A stretch of DNA of 64,000 bases from Macrostomum lignano (lineage: Eukaryota): assembly GCA_002269645.1 (NCBI GenBank), contig NIVC01000080.1, positions 186,001-250,000 on the forward strand. The letters run 5' to 3'. Every line of letters starts with the position of its first letter. The stretch's first letter is position 1. Positions 12,380-23,082 of the stretch are shown here, in pieces. The notes below the pieces were generated by a model. That model had not been told where the DNA came from and made no database searches. It saw only the letters and a program-made list of their open reading frames with translations. The position numbers and the translations under genes are program-made.

Positions 12380-14221
12380 ACTTACTTACTTACTACTGAC
12401 GGGGGGCGCAGGCGCCGCGAATAGGCCGCGAGGCCCCTATCGCAACCCCAAGGTAAAAGAGCACAAGGATTAGCCTTGGGGGTGCGCCCAGTCCCCGCCA
12501 GTAGTCGGCAGGTCCGCAGTGGAGGCATCGGCGACCCTCATCCGGCCGGAGTCCCGGACGAAGGCGCGGAGGTCTCGGATATTGTCCGCGGTGGTCAGCT
12601 CGTCCATCCGCTGGGGGTGGCCGAGGTATTTGTGCCGCGCCTTGTTGAAGTAAGGGCAGAAGGTGACGTGATGCTCCGCGGTCTCCTCTCCTATGCCACA
12701 GAAGGGACAGGTGGGAGGGCAACCGGTTTGCAACGATATATGTCTCTGGAAGAATCCGTGGCCGGTTAGGACCATGCACATCTCCCTGAGGTCGGTTCTG
12801 TTAAGCGAAATCAGATAATCAGAGACTTTCCTGTTCAGGTTAGGCATGGCAGAGCGGCTCTGCCTGTACTCGGTGCAGCTGTTCCAGTGGAGCTGGTGCT
12901 GCTGATGGAGCCACCTGTTGATATGGCGGGTGACTTGCGACCTGGGGGTGGGTAGCCTCATCAGACGGTGGTTGCCGTCTGGGTTGCTGCCCTCCTTGGC
13001 AAGAGAGTCCGCGAGCTCGTTGCCCAGGATGTTGCTGTGACCAGGTGTCCAGATAATTCTAATCCTGTTAAGGACTGAGAGAGATTGCACACTGCGGTGG
13101 CATTGAGATACTGTAGCAGCGGAGATATTCTCAGTGGTTAAGGCCTTAATAGCAGCTTGGCTATCAGTGTAGAAATTAATGTCAAAATTATTAATGTTCG
13201 CCTGAAACAGTTGCTGGGCACACTGCTCAATGGCGCAAATTTCAGCTTGGAAAACTGAGGTGTTCTCACCGAGGTGCAGACTTTCCTGGAGAAGCATCTT
13301 ACCCTCGTGGAAAATGGCAATACCCGCTCCAGCGCGGCCGTTGAACAGCGAGCCATCGGTGAAGCAGTGAATGCCCTGGCTGCGCCGGTTCACACCGACA
13401 TCCAGCGGAATGTTGTCTCGGCCAGGGATGGCGGTCTTGAAGCCCCTCCTGATGTTGAGGGCGGGAGGTCGACTATCCACATTGCCCAGGTCCATGTGGA
13501 TGTTGTTAAGGTCGCGGCGGACAAAGTCCATATGCGGGATTAATGTTTTCATTGGCATAAAGCCAGAGGGCGCGTTATTTAACGTTTTATCTCTGATAAG
13601 CCGGGAGGCAGACTTCATAGCCTCCGCCCTAATAAATAGGTGAAGCGGAGGTAGGTTAAGGATAGTGTTCAGCCCCTCGTAAGGGGTGGACGGGTACGCA
13701 CCTGTGATGGCACGGCAAATGCTGCCCTGAAGCTGGTACAGCCGCTGACGGGCGGCCTTCTGCTCCAGCACGCTAGTCCAGATGAGACTCGCGTATGTGA
13801 TACTGGGCCGGATGATGCCGGTATAAATCCAACGGACCGTTCTAGGCGAGAGGCCCCAAGTCGGCCCGATGGCTCTGCGCAGCTGGGCAAAGCAGCGTTT
13901 TGCCCGACCGATGACGTTATCAAGGTGCTTCGTCCAGCGCAGGTCATGCGTTAGCGTCACACCGAGGTATTTGACCTCCTTCTTGAAGGGGATGTTTCTG
14001 CCATAGACAGTGAGGTTTTTCATCTCCCATTTACGGCGCTTGGTGAAAACGACAGCGACAGTCTTAGTGACGCTGATTTTTAGGCCATGCTGTGTAGCCC
14101 AGTCGGCCGCCTTGTCGGCGAATTGCTGCATCAGGTTGCGCAGAGTGGCGGGGTCGGGTCCGCTGACGACCGCGGCAACGTCATCGGCGTAGCCCACCCT
14201 GGTGATACTGCTGATACGCCC
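12380..14221 (-). mobile_element. 5'-truncated non-LTR retrotransposon (RT plus RNase H; LOA/R1-like clade inferred)
   Basis: 23-bp TSD TGGGCATTTTTGCAACTTACCTT at 12357-12379 and 14222-14244. (TAAG)n tail on the minus strand at about 12380-12395. GC-rich intact ORF. Confidence 0.9.
12470..14221 (-). CDS. LINE ORF2 C-terminal part: RT (YADD, VKYLGV), thumb, RNase H and C-terminal CCHC-like motif
   Basis: Motifs GYADD, KYLGVTL, WGLSP, FTDGS...[43 protein letters not shown]. The N-terminal about 23 aa of the listed ORF are target/TSD-derived. Confidence 0.9.
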   Translation of the reverse strand, partial: GRISSITRVGYADDVAAVVSGPDPATLRNLMQQFADKAADWATQHGLKISVTKTVAVVFTKRRKWEMKNLTVYGRNIPFKKEVKYLGVTLTHDLRWTKHLDNVIGRAKRCFAQLRRAIGPTWGLSPRTVRWIYTGIIRPSITYASLIWTSVLEQKAARQRLYQLQGSICRAITGAYPSTPYEGLNTILNLPPLHLFIRAEAMKSASRLIRDKTLNNAPSGFMPMKTLIPHMDFVRRDLNNIHMDLGNVDSRPPALNIRRGFKTAIPGRDNIPLDVGVNRRSQGIHCFTDGSLFNGRAGAGIAIFHEGKMLLQESLHLGENTSVFQAEICAIEQCAQQLFQANINNFDINFYTDSQAAIKALTTENISAATVSQCHRSVQSLSVLNRIRIIWTPGHSNILGNELADSLAKEGSNPDGNHRLMRLPTPRSQVTRHINRWLHQQHQLHWNSCTEYRQSRSAMPNLNRKVSDYLISLNRTDLREMCMVLTGHGFFQRHISLQTGCPPTCPFCGIGEETAEHHVTFCPYFNKARHKYLGHPQRMDELTTADNIRDLRAFVRDSGRMRVADASTADLPTTGGDWAHPQG

Positions 14222-14739
14222 TGGGCATTTTTGCAACTTACCTTGGTTGGCCGCCAAATCAGTCGTCCATATCGGCCAACTATTGTGCATGTATGGTTTT
14301 GACTCTTGTCATTCCTAATCGTATTTGTACCCCATGTGGCACTAGAACAGTACACTTGACACGGAGTGTTTTAGGCATGATTGTACAGTGTAAGGTTGCA
14401 AAAGTGGGGAGTGGCAGAGATACATATGTATATATAGCTGTATGAGTATGATGGCACAAGCTAAGGCTAAGTCAATGCATGCAGCGATAAAAGCAGTCTG
14501 TAAAGCCAAATAGTGAAAGTTAACCTTAACTTATAGCACCTTGGCAGCCTATGCTGTCTGCCTGCATCTGATACGAGCATATAACTAAACTAGCAAGGCA
14601 ATTGGTTGTATTTACACTTACTTTCTGTACATGAATTGGTAAAGGTAAGGGCTTTTAAATGTTTTATTTATATAGTAATACTCATAAATCAATTTTATTT
14701 TATCACCAAAATCATATACTCGACTTAATCTTTCACAGA

Positions 14740-16329
14740 ATGATGTACAGCCTTAGTTGTCTTTGCCTACTGATTCTAAGTGGCATCCTAGCTATCAATG
14801 GTATTCTAGCTGAGAGTGAGTGCTCAATTGTTATAAATGAGTTAAATACTGATGAGCCGAATATTGGATCTCAAGAATTTTCAGAGTTCATTGAGCTGAA
14901 GAAAGTTTGTTCCACAACTGCAATGCTATTAGGATCAGTGCCAGTGAGACTCCGTGATTTTCTTCTGATTGGAGTTCAAGAATATAGCGGCGATTTTAGA
15001 CGACCTGTGGTTTCATTTTCTGCTGACTTCTATCGGTCCTCGGGCTTCAAAACGGACAGCAGTTTCTTTGTTATTGCATCAAAAGAGAAGCAGGAAGCAG
15101 CAGATATGTTTTTTACCAATACATCTATTGTGTATCAGGGAAAAACTAGACATGGGCTGCCAAGTTCCGCTCCTAGTGGATCATCGCAGTCATCCATCAT
15201 TGATTTTTTCAAGTCTGCTAGTAAGACAATTCCAACAGAACCAAATGCATTAAAGAATGGGAATGGTAAAAGTGCTATGGCCATTATTCTCTTGTATCAA
15301 CGAGACTTTTCTAGATCAGAATCGGACAGTTCAAGTTCCACAACTGCCAGTAGCATTGGAAAACTGCGACTAGCTAAAATGCATGCAACACAAAGAAGAC
15401 CTGTTTATGAAGATAAAATTATCATTGATAACTCATTAGCTGAAATTATTAGGAACAATGTGCATGACATGATCATCTATGCACGAAGTACACAAAATAA
15501 CAGGTGCACATTTTTTGAGTCCATTTATCATAGGCTAAGAGACAAGCCCAACTACATCTTAAAGCCAGCAAGAGAATGGGATGAACTTGGTCATGAGGAC
15601 TATTCAATAAACCGGTGCCCTGAATCCAGCAGTGAGTTACGAAAGCCTTTGCTTTTTACAAGGTGGAAACTTGGACAGTTGACTCCAGGTAGAGAAAATG
15701 ACTGCTCAGGTGCTCATTGGATTTTAGAGGACAATATTGAAGCCATCATAAATACACCTTCAAGAGAAGCAGGTACATTGGCAGACTCAGCATTAGCATC
15801 TGCTTCATCAGCAACAGAAAGAATCGAAATGCGACTAGCTCCTGCTCCAGCTCCATGTTCTGAAAGCTCACACCGTAGTGAATTGGCCAGGTCCTATGAA
15901 TTTTCAGAGCAAATAGCAGCTAATCGAGATCATGCTGTTCAAACTGCTGCTGCAGAAACTTCTATTTTTTGCTCTGCTGCAAATGTACAGGAAAGAAGAG
16001 AGTTGTTGGAGAATGACCAGCAAACAAGCAAACTACAAGTGGAAATTATTAGGCAAGTAAATATTCAAAGACAATCAACGAAACGATCACTTTGCCAAAG
16101 TCCTATTGTTGATTTAGATTCGAGCGACTCAAGGGGTTCAGGTGATGTTGAAATAGTACAAGTAAATACTGCAGAAGCAGGGCCATCGCAAAGAAAAATA
16201 CCATGCATAAGCACATCTGCAGACGCATGTCTAGCCACTTCAGCATCAAAGCCCTCGTCTTCCTCTATGATGGGCGAAAATATTGAAGTTTTCCCTAAAA
16301 AGGACTGGGAGGATACATCTGGTTTTTGA
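14740..16329 (+). CDS. Signal-peptide protein with a lamin-tail-like domain; 5' part of the hAT element gene
   Basis: Hydrophobic N-terminus MMYSLSCLCLLILSGILAINGILA-ES. Motifs IVINELNTDEP...EFIEL and D.SINRCP...LTPGRENDC resemble LTD-type extracellular domains (judged by eye). Ser-rich linker follows. Ends at TGA 16327-16329. Confidence 0.55.
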   Translation: MMYSLSCLCLLILSGILAINGILAESECSIVINELNTDEPNIGSQEFSEFIELKKVCSTTAMLLGSVPVRLRDFLLIGVQEYSGDFRRPVVSFSADFYRSSGFKTDSSFFVIASKEKQEAADMFFTNTSIVYQGKTRHGLPSSAPSGSSQSSIIDFFKSASKTIPTEPNALKNGNGKSAMAIILLYQRDFSRSESDSSSSTTASSIGKLRLAKMHATQRRPVYEDKIIIDNSLAEIIRNNVHDMIIYARSTQNNRCTFFESIYHRLRDKPNYILKPAREWDELGHEDYSINRCPESSSELRKPLLFTRWKLGQLTPGRENDCSGAHWILEDNIEAIINTPSREAGTLADSALASASSATERIEMRLAPAPAPCSESSHRSELARSYEFSEQIAANRDHAVQTAAAETSIFCSAANVQERRELLENDQQTSKLQVEIIRQVNIQRQSTKRSLCQSPIVDLDSSDSRGSGDVEIVQVNTAEAGPSQRKIPCISTSADACLATSASKPSSSSMMGENIEVFPKKDWEDTSGF

Positions 16330-18894
16330 GAGGAGTGGTTACATTCTTTGGAGATGCACCAGTCACAGTAAGTAAATGGAAACTGACGAACTATAAATTA
16401 ATGTATAGTGTACTGTGTATTGCACTTATTAGCATATTGCTTTTAGATACTCACAAATAGTCCAAATCCCAAAATATTCTCTAATTTGACCATTGCAGAT
16501 CATTTTCAAGAAAATTTGTGTCACAAGAAATGAAGACATGGTTTCAATATGTTCAAAACACCGAAGATCTATCAAGATCTGGAATACAATGTCGGATCTG
16601 CAGAAAATTTTTGAATGCACATAAGAAAAAGGAGACAAATCTAGAGAGCCAACGTAAGTTAACTTTTGCAACAGAACAAGGCTACATTCCCAAAGGTCAT
16701 GCAAAAGATAGCGTACGAAGAAAACTACAGGAACATTCATCAAATACACTTTACAGTGACGCCATAAAGTGGATGAAGGAAAAACATACTTCAGTTCTTG
16801 CAAAGCAACTCAAACAGATGAATGAGGCCGCTAGACTAGCTAAAACTAAACGAGATGAAATAACAGCCCGAGTTTTGACAACAGTTTATGCCGAAGTCAA
16901 ATCTAATATTCCATTCAGTGCTCATCCAAATATAATTGATTTACAAGTAAAAAATGGGTTGGATATGGGGAGCCATCATAAGCATCGCAAAAGTGCCGCA
17001 GCAATGGTGGAATCAATCAGTAATACAATGCATCGGACATTTGTGAATTACATTAAAAGTGCTGACAATCTTCCGATTTCTATTGTACTAGATACAACGT
17101 CTGATATTCATTCAAACAGCTACGTCATGATATACTTCAGAGTTCTTGAAAACAGCCAACCTTTGATGTTTTTTTATCGGTTTAAACGTCTGACTGAAGT
17201 AGAGACTGGACGAAGCATTTATGAACTTCTCATCCGTTTATTTTCGGATGACAAGCTAGAAGATGAAATCAAACGAAGGCTATGGGGGGTGACAACTGAT
17301 GGTGCATCCGTAAAGACAGGAAGTCGAGTGGGATTAATAAGTCAACTGAGGCCTTGGGCTAGCAAACAATTTTTTCAGCACCATTGTGCAGCGCATAAGT
17401 TAGAACTTTCAATCTATCATGCCTTTGCAATCTTCCCATTTATGCAACATCTCGATAAGAATATAAATTCTCTACACAAATTTTATATGAGCCACACTGT
17501 TAAACGTAAGGCATCTTTGGCACAAACTTCGGAAGCACTCAACTTGGTTTTCTATGAATTAAAAAGAATATATCGCATCAGGTGGGTTGCATCGGAAGTG
17601 TCTGCTCTTGATGTGATTCGAAAGTCGTACTACTTGCTTCTGACAAATTTAGAAAATATCAAATCACCTTCCTCAGGCTTTGATGACGAAAGTAAAGCAA
17701 CTGCCTCTGGATTATTGAAAACATTGCAAAATGTCCGGTATTATTCATTACATCTATTTCTCATGGACATTCTAAAATTACTGGAATTTGAGTCCTTGCA
17801 GTTTCAAAGAGCCAAGGGTACATTTATTGGCTTGCAAGAACGCCACACTAACCTTATCCATTCACTAGAAACCTTAAAAACGAACAATGGTCCTCGCATT
17901 GTGGACTTTTTGGCTTCCTGCAAGTGTCGTCGAGTTTTGGGAACTGCAGATGGATATCCGCAGCTGGAATACCATTCAGGATGTCACACAAGAGACCTAT
18001 CTTATTCTAACTTTGCTTGTCCTTCCGGCCCTGGAAGCAGCGATCCAACAGAGAGGTTTGAGTTGAAGCAACCAGGTTCTGCTGCAGACAGATCTCTAAG
18101 AAATAGATTATTTGATGCTAGTGGACGTGGCAGTGTTGTTGACATGGGAGCTTATCCAGCACTGGATGAGATTCGCAGTCGAATCATTGATAGCATAATT
18201 GATCAGCTGCGTAATTATTTTCCTGAGGATGACTACTCAATATTTAATGTGCTCAACCCAGTGTTATTGCCTAATGCTGAAACATTACATACTGTCTTTA
18301 CATACAGTTCGAGAATCATACCTCTTGCTAGACGGTTTGGAATGGAAGATGACAGCTCTGAATCTGAAACAGAGGACCATCTTTCTGATTCAGACTCTAG
18401 AGATGCAGATGCTTCAGAACGCGCTACAGAAAGGACAATCTCTGGTCAGTTCGGTCTACTCCTAAAAAGTTTGATCACTTCGCATAGTGTTGACTTCTGT
18501 GCCTACAAAGGCAAAGGTCCGGTGAAATTTTGGAGTCACTTTCTATCACTTTCTAGAGACAAGAACTGTTGAATGGCTGCCCAGAATAAAGAATCTAATT
18601 ATGGTTGTGTTAACTTTGCCAATATCATCAGCTGAGGCTGAAAGAGGGTTTTCTATCTATAAGCACATTGCCTATGACAGGAGAACACGCTTGGCACCAA
18701 AAACATTGGAGCATCTACTACGGATTCGAATAAATGGGCCTCCGCTGATGAAATTTAAGCCGGATATTTATGTCAATGATTGGCTGAAAAAACACTGGCG
18801 TTCTGATGCTCCTGGAGGTCAACGGCAAAAAGAATCCAACGTAGACGAGGAAATTAAAGATTCTGATTCTGATTTGCTAAGTGGACTATTTTGA
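16330..18894 (+). pseudogene. ZNF862-like hAT transposase, disrupted
   Basis: CRIC zinc finger, IVLDTTSD (D), TTDGAS (D), HHCAAH (CxxH), IRWVAS and LPISSAEAERGFS (E, dimerisation domain). Intron 16368-16498 (GTAAGT...TTGCAG). Frameshift from tandem duplication of TCACTTTCTA (18536-18555). Confidence 0.9.
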
Positions 18895-19244
18895 AAGTTT
18901 TTTATCAGTTTTAATCTGCTACAATTTTAATCAATTATTACAATGGTACATGCATAATCATTAAGACTACAGTTCTTCTAAGTTCATATATAAGACCGTT
19001 AGAATCTTGCAGTTTTAATTTGCTAATTAAATATTATTAAAAGTATGATTTGCAATTGTAATAGGGCTGAAAAATTACTGCTTATAAGTTATTCTATCCC
19101 TATTTCTATTCCTTAGCCATTTCTGGCTTCGTAATTCTTAATTTTTCAAATTGATGCGTTAATGCACACGTAGCCTACACCCTAGTAAGTGATACATTAA
19201 ATTCATCCTAAACTAATCCTATCCTAATAATCCTAAAGATGCTC

Positions 19245-20039
19245 TGCGACTTAACTCAGTCCTGCTGCGACTTACCTCGGCCCTGCTGCGACTTACTCGG
19301 TCCTGCTGCGACTTAGCTCGCCCTCAGTGCGACTTAGCTCTCGCTCGGTGCGACTTATTTTGCCCTCGGTGCGACTTAGCTCGGTCCTGCTGCAACTTAG
19401 TGCGACTTAGCTCTCGCTCGGTGCGACTTAGTTCGCCCTCGATGCGACTTAGCTCGGTCCTGCTGCGACTTAGCTCGCCCTCGGTGCGACTTAGCTCTCG
19501 CTCGGTGCGACTTAGCTCGCCCTCGGTGCGACTTAGCTCGGTCCTGTTGCGACTTAGTGCGACTTAGCTCTCGCTCGGTGCGACTTAGTTCGCCCTCGGT
19601 GCGACTTAGCTCGGTCCTGCTGCGACTTAGCTCGCCCTCGGTGCGACTTAGCTCGGTCCTGCTGCGACTTACTGCGACTTAGCTCTCGCTCGGTGCGACT
19701 TATTTTGCCCTCGGTGCGACTTAGCTCGCCCTTAGTGCGACTTAGCTCGGTCCTGCTGCGACATAGCTCGCCCTCAGTGCGACTTAGCTCTCGCTCGGTG
19801 CGACTTAGTTCGCCCTCGGTGCGACTTAGCTCGGTCCTGCTGCAACTTAGCTCGCCCTCGGTGCGACTTAGCTCGGTCCTGCTGCGACTTAGCTCTCGCT
19901 CGGTGCGACTTATTTTGCCCTCGGTGCGACTTAGCTCGCCCTCGATGCGACTTAGCTCGGTCCTGCTGCGACTTAGCTTGCCCTCGGTGCGACTTAGCTC
20001 GCCCTCGGTGCGACTTAGCTCGCCCTCGGTGCGACTTAC
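19245..20039. repeat. 21-bp subterminal tandem array (tgcgacttagctcgccctcgg), about 38 copies
   Basis: Seen directly. The core TGCGACTTA also occurs near both element ends (12201-12231, 20185). Confidence 0.95.
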
Positions 20040-21039
20040 CTTGTCTTCAGTGCTGCAACTTACAGCACTTACAACTCTTTTTGTGTTTTTCTCTTTCTCT
20101 TTGCTCCCTTTTTCTCGTTTTTTCCTTTTCCTTTCCCCTTTTTCGTCTTTTGTTTTTTCGTTTTTTTTGGCGGTTAATCAATTTTGCGACTTACTTGGTT
20201 GGCCGCCAAATCGGTCGGCCGGATCGGCCGACTCGGCCGACTGTTGCGCATGTATGGATAGACTCAATTTCAAAAATGAGTTTATTATCTTTACTTTAAA
20301 TATTTTTAAGATAAGCTATATAGTCCAGATATTTCCTTTCATTATACATATTAATACTGACATTGTAGTGAATATTTTGTAAGCAGATGAAATGATAGCA
20401 TTATATTTTTGCAGAAAAGAGAGTAGTAGACAAAATGACTATCAACCTTGATGTTATGATCCTCTTGATAAGGATTACCAATTAGATGTTGCAATAACTG
20501 TTTTCATATGCTATGGTTAGACCTATCTATAGCTAATAATTTTTTAGTAATTTGTTTTAGTGATACATTTTGGCAAATTTTTTTTTAATTTTAAGAAATA
20601 AAATATTTTGCTAATCTTATTCTATATGACTACATAGTATTTGAAGTCAATTGACAATCTAAATATATTTTTGTTAAAATATTTAAGACTAGTAGGCCCT
20701 AGTAGTATTAGAAAATTTCATTTATTTAGTCCTATAAATATGCTTTACCTAAAAGCTAGCAGCCAGCATAGAATTCTTGCATCTGATATATAAAATGGAA
20801 AATTGCATTTTTTGTATACCTAATTCCGTATTGAATCAAACAAAATTTAATAATTTTGTTAAAAACAAAATTTAGCATGATTTTTTGTTTCAGATTGCTA
20901 TTATCAATGTCAATAAATTCTTAGGTAGTAGACTTAGGCCTATTTTACTTAATAGATAGGATGATGATCTTATGCTTTTTAATTGGAATAATTTTTCAAT
21001 TTAAAAAATTGTAAATAATGAAATATAGTATAGGCCTAT

Positions 21040-21354
21040 CATACATGCGCAACAGTTGGCCAAGTCGGCCAATCTAGCCAAGTCCACTAATCTGGCCAAC
21101 CAATTTGGCAGCCAACCAAGGTAAGTTGCAAAAATGCCTACCCCAAAGAATATGGACATAGTACTAATTAGATGATGAAGCATTTAGCCCTCATAAGACA
21201 GTCATAGTTACTCCTACCATTTACCCAAAATTGCATTAATTTTGCTTTAGGGTTTCTTTCACAGGTAAGTCTCATATTTGGCCAAAAACTATGTTGAATT
21301 TTTGTTAAAACTAACTCACATGGCCGACTGAATTTTAGAGTTTGCACATGTATG
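21040..21354 (-). mobile_element. CATACATG-family hAT MITE
   Basis: Termini CATACATGCGCAAC...TTGCACATGTATG. TSD AGGCCTAT/AAGCCTAT (7/8). Aligns in reverse to 12166-12379 plus 14245-14295. Confidence 0.85.
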
Positions 21355-21817
21355 AAGCCTATATATAATTTATATTTCCATATTCAATAAAGTAAATTCA
21401 ATGTCTTTAATGAATAGTGCAAAAGAACTTTAAATTGTATCTCCTATGTGTAATCATATTGCAGTTTTGTATAAGTAGTCACAAAATAATTTGCAGTTTT
21501 TGTTGAAATTTTTGCTAATTGTACAAGTATGTGATTTTTTCTAGGTTACACAATGTTTTGCAATTTATTTCCAAACTGCTCAAAATTTCCCAATTGAATT
21601 TAGCCCAAAGATAAAAGCATTCCTTTGGTTTATGATCATTTTTTACTTGCATTTCAGTTTATGATCCTTATATAATTTTTTTTCAGGGATCATGGCTTGC
21701 TCAAAAAGCAAAAATAATTAAACTGGGCTTATTCCAGTTTTGGCAATGACAATGATATATCTACTTTGATTTAAAATCATTTAAATGGTAGAAATATATA
21801 TAAATGGTAATGAAACT

Positions 21818-22093
21818 CATACATGTGTAACTGCTAGCTGACCTAGCTGATCTGGCCATTATAAATTGTAGTAAACCAAGAATAAGTTGTAAAAATACCT
21901 ACCCAAAAGAATATAGACATAGTACTAATTAGATGATGAGGCATTTAGCCTCAATAAGATAGTCATAATTACTCCTGTCATTTTTCCAAAATTGTGTTAA
22001 TTTTGCTTTAGGGTTTCTTTCACTGGTGAGTCTCATTTTTGTTCAAAAATAAGTTGCATGGCTAGTTTAAATCAAATGGGTTGCATATGTATG
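21818..22093 (-). mobile_element. CATACATG-family hAT MITE (more diverged)
   Basis: Termini CATACATGTGTAAC...TTGCATATGTATG. Exact TSD ATGAAACT at 21810-21817 and 22094-22101. Confidence 0.85.
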
Positions 22094-22693
22094 ATGAAAC
22101 TTATATAATTTATAGAAGATTAGAAGAATATTCTATAAGTTATATTATAAATTAGGTTCAAATAAGAAAGTATTCTAAGTTATAAGTAGAGATAGGACAA
22201 AATGAAAATTTTAAACCAATTCAATTTAATTAAAATATCTAACAAAACCTATTCAAATATCAAATAGGAATATTTCAGTGAATAATATCCTTTTAGTAGT
22301 AAGAAAAACAACTTTATCATTATAAGCTATATCTAATAAGATAATGTAAACAATATATATTTTAGTTTAGCAACATGTTTTGCCGCATAAGTGGCATAGT
22401 AGATTTGATCAATTCCATATATCCCAACATCAATTTCATGGCTGAGATTGGTAATAAAACTTTCAACTTTCTTGATACTACCATTGTCTACTGTGGGACT
22501 CAATCAAAAGCAAAGTGTATCAACAACATACTTACACTGGTATAATGCTCAATTTTTGAACCATCTGTCTAATTCAATGGAAATGTAGTTTGATCCAATG
22601 TCATAAAGCCTACCTTGTGTATAGCAGTTGGTCTTTATTTCATATTGAGCTTACTTTGTTAATGCAATATTTTAAAAAGCAATTATACTAGAA

Positions 22694-23082
22694 CAGGGGT
22701 CCCCAACCTTCTATGGCAGTAGGCACATTGACAATTGGCTTGGGGTATGCAGGCCATATGCTCCCTCTCCCTTTCCTTCCTATCTCCCTCCTCCCTACCC
22801 CCCCAATTCTTTTAGCCCCCAACCCCACCTCTTTTGCCTTGAACCTTATTGATATTAGCTAGCATTCCTTCCTAATTTTCATTTCTACTCTTGACTGCAT
22901 ATATATTTGTGCACTATGAATAGCTAAAATAGCAATCCAAATGATTTAGAAGCTACATAACATTTTCGGGTGCCACATTAGAATCTAGTGATAGAATCAG
23001 CAGTCTGCATATAATGAAAACTATTGGAAATTGCCATAGACTGCACAAAAAGGGCTTGTAGGCTGTAGGTTGGAGACCCTTG
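22694..23082. mobile_element. Charlie/hAT-like MITE, old
   Basis: Termini CAGGGGTCCCCAACC...GGTTGGAGACCCTTG. TSD TACTAGAA/CCCTAGAA (6/8) with a central CTAG. Confidence 0.7.

Larger units (their letters stand above)
12166..20256 (+). mobile_element. hAT transposon (8.1 kb including a nested LINE) carrying a secreted-domain/transposase gene
   Basis: 14-bp TIR CATACATGCGCAAC...GTTGCGCATGTATG. Exact 8-bp TSD GATAGACT at 12158-12165 and 20257-20264. Internal hAT transposase. TGCGACTTA subterminal motifs at both ends. Confidence 0.9.

Noticed and set aside
19693-20382. 229-aa LSSPSVR-repeat ORF
   Set aside because: Translation of the 21-bp (7-codon) array.
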